Assembly: GCA_009103225.1 (NCBI GenBank)
Contig: RHPI01002533.1
Span: 523,368 to 587,367, forward strand
Source of the DNA: Chlorokybus atmophyticus
Taxonomy: Eukaryota; Plantae; Mesostigma and Chlorokybus algae
Length of the DNA stretch: 64,000 nucleotides
Reading direction: 5' to 3'
Shown: piece after piece, positions 35,801 to 47,496 of the stretch
Layout: the number at the start of each line of letters is the position of its first letter
Numbering within the stretch: position 1 is the stretch's first letter
Program-made: the position numbers and the translations under genes
The notes under the pieces: model-generated
What the model was told of the DNA's origin: nothing
The model's input: the letters and a program-made list of their open reading frames with translations, nothing else
Database searches by the model: none

Positions 35801-38288
35801 ACCACAAAGCAACTACAGCTATACATACAATTGTAACACACTCCATCAACCTACACAAGCATGTGTGGGCCTATAACCTGTTGACATACACACGTGCAAG
35901 TGACATGCCAACAACAACAACAACAACATGAGCATGACTGCTACTGCCGCCATAGCATCCGCACACATGCTACATCGTGACCTCTTATCTTCATTGCAAC
36001 AAGTCTGGGCTTTATACCCCGCCAGTCTCTACACACGTCTACATTGGCAAGCACCGCGTGCGCTATACTCAGCCAATTGCTGTTCTGTAAGCTACTCTGT
36101 CTAGCGCACAACCAGAGCTTTCCAACAAGCTAAGCCACGATTGCTAAGCTTACGTATTCGCAAAGCTACGCGATTTCTCCCAAGGCTCTACCAAGCAGTT
36201 TGGTCCGGAGTCCGTCATGACTCGACCGTCTTGCTAAGTCTGAAGTCCACGCGCTTCTTCCTGGTACCTTCGACCCTCGACTCCTGTATGAAGGGCAAGC
36301 TGATCGGATACAAGCATCACCCATGTAATACCTTCAACATGCGTGTGTTTGGATGCACGGCATATGCACTAGTGCCTAAACAGCTCAGGCACAAGCTGGA
36401 GCCGGTCAGCAAGAAGGGCATCTTCGTTGGCTATGAACCGGGTTCCAAGGCTTACAGGATCTTGCTCGAGGATACTCAAGAGATCATTGTGAGCAGTGAG
36501 GTGGTTTTCCACGAGGGATTATCACAACCAGAAGCAGGCTTCTTTCCTGAAGATGAAGCACAGCCGGAGCATCCTGAAACAATGAAGGCTACAGGCAAGG
36601 CCATCATCAACAACAAGGGTGAGCAGGACTTAGCTGTAGCAGGCCAAGAGGAGCCATACCAACAGCAGAAGCACGCAGCTCGGAGATACCCAGTGAGGGA
36701 GAGAAAAGCACCTGATTTTTTACACAAGGCACACGTCGTCAGTGTGCAGAATGAGGAGCCAAGCACCTACGAGGAGGCATTGTTAGCACCAGATGCGGAG
36801 CAATGGCAGCGTGCTATGGACGAGGAGATTGCGTCACTCCATGCCAACAACACTTTGTCACTGGAGCAGTTACCGCAAGGAGTGAAGACCATTCCACTGA
36901 AATGGGTCTTCAAGGTGAAGCGTGATGATCAGGGCAACATTGAGCGCTACAAGGCAAGACTGGTGGCAAAGGGCTTCTTGCAGCAGGAAGGTGTGGACTT
37001 TAACGAAGTGTTTGCACTTGCAAGTAAGCATACCACCTTCCGTGCACTGCTAGCTGTGGTTGGTGCTGAAGACCTAGAGCTGCATCACCTGGATGTGAAG
37101 ACTGCCTTCCTCTATGGAGAGCTGGAGGAGGAGATCTTCATCGAGCAACTACCTGGATATGAGGAAGGGGAGAGAGGCACAGCGTGCAAGCTGATCAAGG
37201 CACTGTACGGGCTGCGATAGGCACCGCGTATGTGGCACATCAAGCTCACCAAGGAGCTGGAGGCACTTGGCTTCACCGCATCCTCTGCAGACCCTGGGCT
37301 CTTCATCCATGCAGACAACAAGGTCTGGCTGCTCGTGTATGTTGATGACATCATCATCACCGCCAGGCAGGTGCACCACTTGCAGGAGACGAAACTTGCT
37401 CTACAGCAAGCATTCTCAGTTCGTGATCTTGGAGAGGCCAAGTGGTTCCTTGGCATGGTGATTGAGCGCGACAGGGCGGCTCGCACAATCAAGATCAGTC
37501 AGGAGCAGATGGTGAGAAGACTCGTCACCAAGTTTGGGCTCTCTGAAGCGAAGACCAAGACCACACCGTTGGCACTTGGCACTGCCCTCATCAAGGCAAA
37601 GGATGAGGAGGTACTCGACAAGGCTCGGTATCCATATGGTGAGCTGGTAGGCAGCATGCTCTATTTGGCAGTGTGCACACGTCCCGATGTTGCATAAGTT
37701 GTGGGAGTACTTGCTCGCTACATGTCTGCACCGAGCATGGAGCACTCGAGAGCAGCAAAGGGGGCACTACGCTATGTTGCTGGGAGCGCAACAGTTGGCA
37801 TCAAGTTTGGGAGCGGGAGCACTGAGTTGGAGGGCTACTGCGACTCGGACTTTGCTGGTGACCTCAACAGCAGGAGGTCCACTACAGGCTACGTCTTCAA
37901 GCTGAACGGAGGCGTGGTGAGCTGGAACAGCAGGCTGCAGCCAACAACAGCAGCATCTACATCAGAGGCTGAGTACATGGCAGCGGCAGCAGCAGTGAAG
38001 GAGGCACTCTGGCTTCGCAAGCTCATGGCAGACTTGGAGCACCCCATGGCGTGCATCGTCATCAACTGTGACAACCAAGGAGCCATCAAGTTGTTGAAGC
38101 ACCCTATCGCCTCGGCAAGGACGAAGCACACTAATGTCATGCATTACTTTGTGCGTGACAGAGTCACAAGGAAGGAAGTGGAGTTTCAGTACTGCAACAC
38201 CGAACGCATGCTGGCGGACTTCATGACAAAGCCATTGTCACCGCTCAAGTTCAAAACTTGTTGCGCAGGACTTGGCATCTATGTTTGA
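32810..38288 (+). pseudogene. Copia gag-PR-IN-RT-RH polyprotein, inactivated
   Basis: NYSTW..MKALL; knuckle CHWCGWKGHIVKDC; PR VDSGC; GAG-pre-integrase WHRRFGH; IN HMDVCGP, RSDQGGEY, PQQNGAAER; RT KARLVAKGF, LVYVDD; RH DSDFAGD, EAEY. There is a frameshift near 33590, stops at 37218-37220 and 37695-37697, and a nested insertion. Confidence 0.95.
34722..36339 (-). mobile_element. Non-autonomous Copia relative nested antisense in the host integrase, TSD TGCGT
   Basis: TSD TGCGT at 34717-34721 and 36340-36344. 5' LTR 35879-36339; PBS GGTTATAGGCCCA; gag remnant LDVDDCNTWSVKMELLLAHK; PPT CGCGTGGGA; 3' LTR reduced to 24 nt (34722-34745). Confidence 0.9.
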
Positions 38289-39353
38289 CTACAGGAGCAA
38301 GCGTTGGAGGTCAAGCTGCTCGCGTGGGAGTGTTGAGAGTCATTCCTACATACGATCAGCATCGACCCTCCACACAGGAGTAGAAGGTCGTAAGGACGAG
38401 CACTAGGTCCGGACTTAGCAAGATGGCGTCGTCGGACCAGACTCCGGACTTCAGACTGGAGCCTTACTAACTGCTTCGTATCTCCGCGTATACTTACTCA
38501 TATTAAACGTGTAAGAGCTTGTTGGAAAGCTCTGGTTGTAAGAAAGACAACACAGCTTAGAGCGCGTCAAAAGGCTGAGTATAGCTTACGCAGTGCTTGC
38601 AAACGTAGACGCGTGTGTAACTGGTTGGTATAAGAACCAGCGGACAACTTGTAATAGATGAATGTGATGTGACCTGTGTATGCTCTGGTGGCGGTAGCTC
38701 TGTATCTGTGAGTCTATGCTTGCCTCAGCTACATGTGCATGCTAGTCCTTCAACAGCAGGACGTAGGGGCGGGGGCGGCAATGTTGCCCGCACTACGCAG
38801 GCAGATATGTGCACATTGAGTGGATTCTTGGCTTGTGGCCTGGCAAATTCCATGTCAGCTGGTTTGCAGAGTCTGATGAGTGTTTTGCGTTATGGTGCAT
38901 CCAGTCGGTCTGCGGCCAGTGCATGCATCAGTGTGTAGCGCTCATGTGATTTAGGAAAGTTGCATGATCACCGCAGCTGGCATGTTAATTTGCATTTGTT
39001 CAATTTGTGTTAGGGTGTCGATGACTCAACATGTTTTGCACTCGAGCCAGAGACGTTGTGGGATTTACAGGCCAGTTGAGCATGCGTATGTGAACTGATT
39101 GCACGCATGACTTACAGTTCTTCATGCGTGCATGTGCATTGTCGAGCATTTCCAGAAGAGGGATTTCACCATGCACTGAGTGTTACTTGTATAACAAGTG
39201 CACAGCATCGTGCATTATGGGTAGTTCTATATGTGTACACGTGCATGAACAAGCACTTCCACAACAGATATTCACCATGCTGATGAGTAGCCCAACCAGT
39301 TACCCATCATGTAGAGGTGGCATTAATTAATACATACAAGTGCACGGTGTTCG

Positions 39354-40065
39354 TCACCACGATAGGGGTTCACTATGCACTGAGTAGCCTAAGAACTGAA
39401 GCATTTTCCTGCCTAGTTACTCTGAATAGGCTGGGGGTATGCATTCCACTAGTGTGCTTTCAGCTTGTATCCAGTGGATGCCTAGAGCTTTGCGCCACCC
39501 TGCTGTTGTTCCACGTGAGCCTGCCTGCCCATACACGGGGTACATCTGAGTCTGATGGCCAGTTTTGCTGAGTTGCTGTCTGTGTCCGGTGTCCAGACAA
39601 ACAGCGAAGGCTCTTCTGCCTGTGCTCACACGTTATGTCCAGTTGAAGAAGGGGCTTGGTCTCGAACAATCTGTGTCTGAAGGTGGGGAGTGCGAACATT
39701 GTGCCGCAAAGCGTGACAGTGGCTTCCATGTGATCTGCAGCTCCAGGTATGTTCTCAAGTATATATGGCTTGTTGGTCTCATGTAAGCGCACGCGCAGTG
39801 AGTGAAGTGATGTGCTGTGGTTCCATTCAATGCCATGTTCTCTCCTTTGTGATGCCGGTATGCAAGTGGCAAATGCTTAACAGGGTGGTAATGCCCAGAT
39901 CACATCGTATTGTGACAGGTCCACATTGAGCGCATCACCGAGGATGAAAGGGAACGGGTATTCCTGCTGTTCGAGTATATCCACACCAGTCTCATCGAAT
40001 CCGGCGCGATCGAGTCCCATGCTGGCACCACCACCGCCGCAGCAGAGGTTAAGCAACTTTGGTCT
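39354..40065 (-). pseudogene. C5 cytosine DNA methyltransferase, compact bacteriophage/bacterial type, inactivated
   Basis: Motifs in order: [18 protein letters not shown]; II GVDI; III GDAL; IV IWALPPC(*); VI KPYILENIPGA; VIII FRHRLFE; IX-X WRKALGIHW...ECIPPAYSE. Stops at 39877-39879 and 39417-39419 plus a frameshift. No intron within the catalytic region. Confidence 0.88.
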
Positions 40066-40229
40066 GTGTGGTGTGCCATCTTGTGTCTTGTGAGTGTGTG
40101 TGGACAGCAGGGGTGGTGAGGCACTCCACAGTGGGATGAACGGCAGCGGTGGAATTGTCTTCTTATTGGTAGGTACGCGGGTCCCACCTATGCGGATGCA
40201 TGATGTTATGCCCTTATGTCTGAGGCACA

Positions 40230-40445
40230 CCACGATGTTGTGCTTCTCTATCTTCAGGTGTTGGCCATCACCATCTTCGAAGCGCACACTGTGTCGAGCT
40301 GCACAAAATCAGGTAAGTTAAGTTTGTTGTTGTATCGTGGTCACACAGTGCAAACGACACCTTGAACAGCTTGTCTTGGTTCTGGTTGTATTTGTAAATG
40401 CAACCTGGTTACCATTGCTGGTCGGCAGCCCAAGAAAACCATGAC
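40230..40445 (-). pseudogene. Tudor-like domain fragments upstream of the methyltransferase
   Basis: WFSWAADQQW*PGCIYKYNQNQDK followed, across an intron-like segment, by [22 protein letters not shown]. The second block is in frame with the MTase ORF (39877-40287). Confidence 0.45.
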
Positions 40446-40760
40446 GGAACAGTTCATTAAGCAGCAGCAGCATCACCACCTGCATGACCGAGCTGCCGAT
40501 ACGCGTCTGCGCTATCTTCTGGTTCCTTTAAGGGAATGCAGTTGATAACCCATGCATGCCTGACTTGTGCATGGCAGTGTAACAAAGCGAAGGCTAATGA
40601 TGCTTACCTCATCATCGATGCTGGGCCTTGATGCTGCCGCCGCCTCCAGCGAGCGCCAATTGATGCTTCCACGCCCACAGCGAGGTAGCGTAGGCTGCAT
40701 TGAGGTTGCGAGTCATGAACATGAACCTGTCCATGCTGGCGGGTGCAATCGTGCGGATCT

Positions 40761-43700
40761 TTACTTACCGATGCCGCTGAGTTGGGCATTGGTTGTGCGT
40801 ATGAGCCAGGGAGGATGTAAGCGGATGCATGCGGTGCAGCCGCAGCTTGGCCCACATGCACTCCCGTTCTTGCGGCACTTGCAGCGTCGTGACTGACATT
40901 GGTCCTTTTTGCATTTGCAGCCGTGCATCAGCAGTTGTGCACGTGCTCTGGTGTCGCGGATGTTGTCTTCGGTATCCATCTGCGCTTTGTATAGCCCGTC
41001 AACAAGGGTGTAGCCATACTCCTTCAGCGGGGGTTGGGTGACAGCAGCCTGGCACATCTGGGACCACATGCGGACCACCCACATGACTCGCTTTGCATGC
41101 AGCAACAGCGCTGAGGTAGGCGGCATTTCATCCTTGTACTCTGCACCCTTCTCCCAAATGCTCTCTTTGACCACATGCAGCCATTTCTGCAAGCTAACGT
41201 GGTCGTCCTTGGGTGCTGGGCCACCATTGACGTCAGTAAACACACTCTCTCCGCTGCTGTGAGCTGGGAATACGTTTTTGTGCTTGCTGTAATAGGCGCA
41301 GCCAATGAGTCGCAGCAGCAGGGTAGTGGCCGAATGCTCGTCCAGGCAGTCAACCTGGGTGATAAAGGCGCACTCCCGGGTAAGCACATCAGCCCAAAAG
41401 AACTGCTTGCTGATGCCGGCAAAGTAGCTGGTGTAGTCACATCTAGTACTAGCAAAGAAGAGCATGATGAATAGCGACCTCTGTTGTGCAGGAATAAAAC
41501 GCAGTTGCGGAAGCTGGCCCAAGTGGTCAAATAGCTTGCTGAGATCAATGATGGGCGGTCGGCTGCTGTGGTTGAGACTAGTGGCAACTTGTATGTACAC
41601 TTGCTTGCTGCCAGGTCCCCACTGCTCCATGACGGCGAGACCAATGATGGAGGCATCGGTATCCCGGGAGTAGATCAGAATTTGGCTGTGTGCGCAACGC
41701 AGCGCGTGCAGCCAGACTCGAGAGTCACTCTTGGCGTGGTTGCACTCAAACAGGTCAGTCGCTCCAAAGACAATTGGTCCACCATTGTTGCTGACAACTC
41801 TGGCCTTGTCTTTCCATTCCGCTGCATCACTGCCTCCTGCCATAATAAAAGTCTAACCTGGCCTTAGGTGCTGGGCGACCATTTCTGGCAAGAAATTGGT
41901 CATCAGCTCGCACAAGCTTCGTTTCAAGCTATGGTCAGACAGAAGATCACGCCACGAGCGCGGCGTCTCAAAGGTCAGGGTGAGTGCTTGCCCACTGCGC
42001 GCTGATGCACCGTCACGTGACTGTTGCAAGCTGAACTTCACTCCCGTAGCATGTGCTGGATCGTCAAAAAGCAAATGCAGCTCCTTCACCGAGGGGTTGT
42101 ACATGCGCGGCAGAATTGAGCTGCGGAGGGTCTGTACCAGATAGTCTTGCTTGTTGCCAACGCCGCTGCTTGGGCCCTTGTTGATCATGAACATTCCCTC
42201 CGCTATCACCACCTCCACCCCAGCTGGGTAACGCGTCAGCTAAACCCCCTCACAGGATGCGCACAGCTTAGTCAAGAACTTAGCTTTGTCTCCCTTGCGC
42301 ATGCTGCCATCTTCGGCAAACAGAGCCAGCGGTATCTCCTGGTACTGAGCCATGCATGTTTCTTGGGTGGCATTGCTTTTGCAAAGCTTCTTAAATGTGA
42401 GAGTCTTTGTCTTGGTCATGCGCGCCAGCATTTTGGTTGACCTCTGCACCTGTTTCTTGACTTGCATCGTCTTGAGACCAAACCTTCTCCCAACATTGGT
42501 TGCTGTCATCTCCTTGCAGTGTATAACCTTGGCATATAAAAGGAACTGGAGGCCAATGTCGTAGTGTCGTGCAAGGTCTTGAGCAGCTCCTGGGTTGGCT
42601 TCTCGGGCATTGACTAAATGCAGGAGCTGCTCCTCATGACTGGTGCCCAGAACATCAGCATTGGTTACTATGCTCAACATTGATCTCACATTGATGCCGG
42701 TCTTGTCGCTGGCAATGGCGAGGAGGTGTGGCCATGGCATTGGGTTCTTGTCGTAGTGGACTCAGCATAGACAGCACTCTCTTGACGACCAGAGCACAAT
42801 ATGGAAGGTACAACGTCTTGCGCATCATGTAGTCTGCATTAGGCCGGCATAGCGTGGACTTGAGGTCTTTGTTTATCAGTGTTTCGTGTGCTTCGTCACC
42901 AGCCACATTGCTGCACGGTTTGCCTGTAAGACTGACTGTGAACGCTCCTGCATGCAGGTGCTCAAGGACTTCTTCGGGCCAAGTCAGGATATCAGCTAAG
43001 TGCTGTGTGATGAGACGCTAATAATGCGGACGGTCCCATGCAAATGCCAGTGGACCAAGTGCCTTGTATGAAGCAATGCGCAGCCTCCAATTGCTAGTTC
43101 GGATGGCAAAATACAGGCCAAGGTAAGCTGCAGCGTCACGTGTTGTATAGTTCCACCACATAGCCCATGTAGCATCCTCCTGCGCACGCCTGCGTCCACA
43201 GCCCATGAACTTCATGTAGTGCCGTTCGTCCGGCACTGTCATATCTTCAATGCTAGGCACCTCAACTCTACCCCAAATGTCTGTGCAGTCTTTGTGGAAG
43301 CAAATCAACTGATAGTGATAAATTGCTTCCCATGTTTGCACCAGGTATGCGTGCATTCGTTTCCAGTTGCTTCCTTCTGCTATTATGTTGCGTGCTGTGG
43401 AGGCTGGTATTCCTGCTGCAATAGCCATGGCATCCAAGCCCGCATCCCAATACACCTTGAAGATGACGGGAAGCAGATTGTACAAGGCGTGCCAGTCGCC
43501 TGGCATTGGCAACACCCACTCCCAATAACCTGATTCTGTGTTCTTCAGATGTATCATCAGACTGAAAGTCTTATGATCTCCCACCACCACAATCTTATGC
43601 TTAGTGGCATCAATTCGCAGTCGTTGTTTGAGCTCGAGGAGAGCTAACTTCAAGACGTCTGGCTTGTCAGGGTTATAAGGAAGCAATGGCATGTACATGA

Positions 43701-44826
43701 CTCTGCTGGGTGGCTTATCTTCTGTAGGGCACAAGTTGGCGACCACATTCTTCAGGGAGTTGGTGTCGAAGCCTGGCATGTCTGCACGCTTTATGACAGT
43801 GTTGTGCAGGACCTTCTTGAAGTGATTAATTGCCTCCTGCTGGTGCGCCTGCAGCTCCGTGATTAAATCTGAAGGTGGAGGGTACACATAAGGCCGCGCT
43901 CCCGGAGAAGGCAGTTGTAACGCAGCTGGGTCTGGCATCTCCATCTGGGCCTCCTTGCGCATGCGCGCCCAATTGGCAGATACTGGTTCCTCAGCAATGC
44001 TAGTTGTCCCACTCGGTGCTGGCACAACAACTTGTGTAGTCGTGCAATGCAGATCTTTGTCAGCGCCACCGTTGTATCTCAGCTGGCCGTAAACTCTGAA
44101 GTCCCAGTTGTCTATGCTTGCAATGATAAACTCACTGTCATCAGCCTGCAGCGGACATGTGGCTTCCTGCAGCGCCTTGCAGCGAGACATGATGGCGCGT
44201 TCCAACATGCTAGCGCTAGTGCATACGCCGACACGGTTCAGCAACCAGATCAGCTGACTGGATGTGCTCATTGCGTCCACGCAGTCCGCGATCGCCACAT
44301 GCATGCATGAATACGCATGCGAGTTGCGGGTATATACTGCACTACTCAGCAGGTACGCACACCTCAGCAAGTTTGCGCGCTCCCACGCCTTGGGTTCGTC
44401 CACTTGTTTAATTTTCACGCTGCATAGTGCCTTGAACAGGCGCTGCAAGTCGGGGTGACTATTGTCCAGCTCCTTCGTTTCATTCAAGAAGCGAATGGCA
44501 GCACATGTGGACTTATTCAACCGGCAGTGCCTTGCAGCCTCCTGCTTCATCAACCCCGCGAGGTATGCCAGTGTTTTGTCGCTCAGTTCGCTTGCATCCG
44601 GTACAGCTTTATCCACACTGTCCGCACAGTTCTCCAACATGCACACAGCAGGGTCAACCCACGATGGCAAGATTAGAGACCCATGCCTCCGATGCCCAGT
44701 GATCACCACGACCGCTTCGCCCAGCACGCGCTTGATAGTGCGTAGCAGGTTTGATGATGCGAGTACTTGTACAGCCTGGCTAGCTCGCCCAGACGCACCG
44801 GTGTGTTGTGTTGCAGTAGGTGCCAT
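40761..44826 (-). mobile_element. AcademX-type DNA transposon ORF (DDE transposase + XPG/PIN-like nuclease + Cys8 finger), decayed
   Basis: SIDNWDF, VVGDHKT, PGDWH, LGPLAFAWDRPHY, DEAHETLINKD; DGSMRKGDKA; IAEGM, LLFDD, HAKSDSRVWLHA, YSRDTD, CDYTSYFAGISK, PPTSALLLHAKR; CKCKKDQCQSRRCKCRKNGSACGPSCGCTAC. About 1300 codons, broken by three TAG stops and frameshifts. Exact TIR/TSD not found. Confidence 0.8.
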
Positions 44827-44909
44827 GCAACGTACGTCACGCGATCGTTCCGCTCATCAATACATTGTCCCGTGATTGCTCGCAGTGCCTCATGATGGTG
44901 CTCTAATCG

Positions 44910-47290
44910 CTACAGCTGCTTGCACCATGACGGACTAGCGTTGTCGCTGCCCTGTCCGAGAGCATCAGACACCTCTTGCAAGCGCTCCACCTTATCGTGC
45001 AGGGCATTGGCATTCGCCTGTGCTATGGGAGCCATGTGCTCTGCCTCTGTCAGCCTCAGGACGGTGGCATCGTATATATTCACTCGGTCATTCAAGTCAG
45101 CTTGCACACACTTTCATACCACCAACTTAGTCAGCTAACACGCACAGATGCAATATCGCCGTCTCATCATCTCGACACAATCACCACTTACCTCTAGCTA
45201 TGATTGCAAGTCTTCATTGCATGTGGCGAGGTCTTGCAGCTGGCTTTGGCACGCTCTCCACAGACAGTCCCACTCGCTGCGTTTGTCAGCATGCAGGTCT
45301 TGCGCGTCAGCCCATCTCATATGCTCAGCTTCCAATTGTTGCACCACAGTGTGCGCTTTGTCATGCGCTGCACGAAGCTGACCTCGCAGCTCATTCACCT
45401 CCTCCTGCATGTTCTGCCTAGCGCGTTCAGATGCCTGTGTAGTGATCTCCACACTGTCATCTTGCTCGCGTGCGCTGCGCCATCCCAGCGATCTTTGCCG
45501 CCATGACTTGATGGCGATCGCTAGCACTCTGCAACTGATCGTGCAACACTTCCTGTTGCAGCCGCAGTACCTGCACCTCTGCACGCCACTTTTTGTCACA
45601 GTCCTCGAGCTCACGCCGCTGCTGACTTGATGCAGCTTGCATCGCAGATAGCTGGGATTGCAGTGCTTGCTGTGTTGTCAATCCAGCCTGCAGCGAACAT
45701 TGCCGAGCTTGCTGTGTCGACAATGCAGTCTGTAGATTTGAGGTTAGACTGTTCACCATGTCCAACAGCTTTGTCCGGTCCTCTTTCCATGCAGCCATTA
45801 CATCCTAACACACGCAAGTACCACCCCCAGCATGCAGCTCACTACATGCATACACATGCAACATTTTGTGAGCTAACAAATTGAACTTGTCAGCATTCCG
45901 CACAAACCTGCACCGTGCACAAGCTGTCGTCATCATTCTCAATGTTGAACGGCACAGCACCATCACCAGTATCTTCTGCACAACATAACACACAAGAGTT
46001 GCACAACATCCTTCAAATGCGTCTCGCTCACAGACACGGCACACCAGCTCCCTATCTTACTTATGCTGAGGTGCATACATTGGTTGTGTGTGCACAAACA
46101 CACATACCAACCCTTAGGTGCCTTGCAACAACACAACCCAAATCCATACTCAACCGCTGCATGGATAATACCCTTCTTATATTCACGTCGTGCATTACCA
46201 AGCCACAGTGATTGCAAAGCACATTAGCATCAAATCTATCATTGTCAAGGATTGTAACTAATGGGGCGAACAAAAAGAGCTTGCGGACCTGCACCGGGCC
46301 AGAGTCCGGCCTCCTTAGCAGGCTGGTTATTGCTGCCTCCATTCCAAGCTGTGTCTTCCTCCTTGTCCGCCATTCTGGCTGAAAGGGTATTCAAGTGATA
46401 GCATGATTGGCTGTTGTGACTTATGGAAAGAGCGCCCCGACTGGCGCCTGTTATTGCAATCAGATGGCGTGACGCAAGGTCGCATCAACAGCTGCTGCCC
46501 AATATTGGGATCCACATTCTCTGCGTCATAACCACGCATGGCCTGTGTGGACAAGTGGGAGACTCACATGTCAGAGCAGGTGGGCCCACAACACATGCAG
46601 GCATGGATAGGTAAGAGAGTAACAAAAAAGACCGTGTTCCCATACCAACAGCCTCAGCATCATGCAAACTGACTAACTGCATGACTCACCAAGACCGCTG
46701 GCCTTGTGATATATGCATTGGTCTCCACCCTGGCTCCTGGTGGCACAAATTGAGGATGAATACCCTGCACGCAAGCCACAATATCAGGCAATTGCTCGCA
46801 CTCCACCTCAACCAGTTGCTCATATGCAAGCAACTCTGTCGTCATGTCAAGCAGCCAACACGCATGTTGCACTCACCGGTAGCATTACCAGGTGCCGCCG
46901 GTCTGGGGCAACACGCCATGTGCGCCCGGAAGTCAATGCTTGCATATACACTTCTCTATTTGGCACCCCGTCCGAGATAGTGAGGTCAGTGCGTAGACTA
47001 AGGATAATCTCGGCCTGTTTGCTACGGGTACTGCGTGCACTGTCTGCCTTCTGTGTCTTCCGCTTCTTCTTTACCTTTTCAGAAGGCGTAGGAGAGGAAC
47101 TCGTCTGTCCCTCAACTAAAAAATCATGCTCGTCAGCACCAGGGACAGCCGCCTGGGACTGTCTCAGCGGCATGCCCGCCCCATTTTCCCCACCTCCTGC
47201 CAGCTGTGCACCATCAAACAAAGGGCTTCCGTGCAACTGCGACCCCGCATTGTAAAAACCCCCATCACTATCTTGTTCACGCTCGCTCAT
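44910..47290 (-). pseudogene. Intron-containing accessory gene upstream of the Academ ORF (disordered N-terminus with a basic NLS-like stretch, coiled-coil C-terminus), apparently decayed
   Basis: MSEREQDSDGG...KVKKKRKTQK; later blocks QQALQSQLSAMQ...EEVNELRGQLRAAH...QLQDLATCNEDLQ. There are GT/AG boundaries but the frames are broken. Confidence 0.45.
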
Positions 47291-47496
47291 TGCCGCTGCG
47301 TCGGCGGCGCCAAGCCGCCCAACCACCCGCCCCAACCCCCCGGCCACACCGACACACAAGACACACCGAGACTACATTGCTCACTTTTTGAATTTCACCC
47401 ATCCCGCTTAAACGGTTGCAACAAGCGAGTAATAACACTCATGTCGACGTCGACCAGCAAGGACCCCTCAATTTGTGTCCAGGTCGACTGAAGCCG

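Larger units (their letters stand above)
32264..38755 (+). mobile_element. Full-length Ty1/Copia LTR retrotransposon (Osser-like PBS type), TSD GCAGG
   Basis: LTRs 32264-32687 (424 bp) and 38331-38755 (425 bp), TGTTGA...TCAACA, about 20 differences by eye. TSD GCAGG at 32259-32263 and 38756-38760. PBS GGTTATGGGCCCA; PPT CGCGTGGGAG. Confidence 0.96.
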
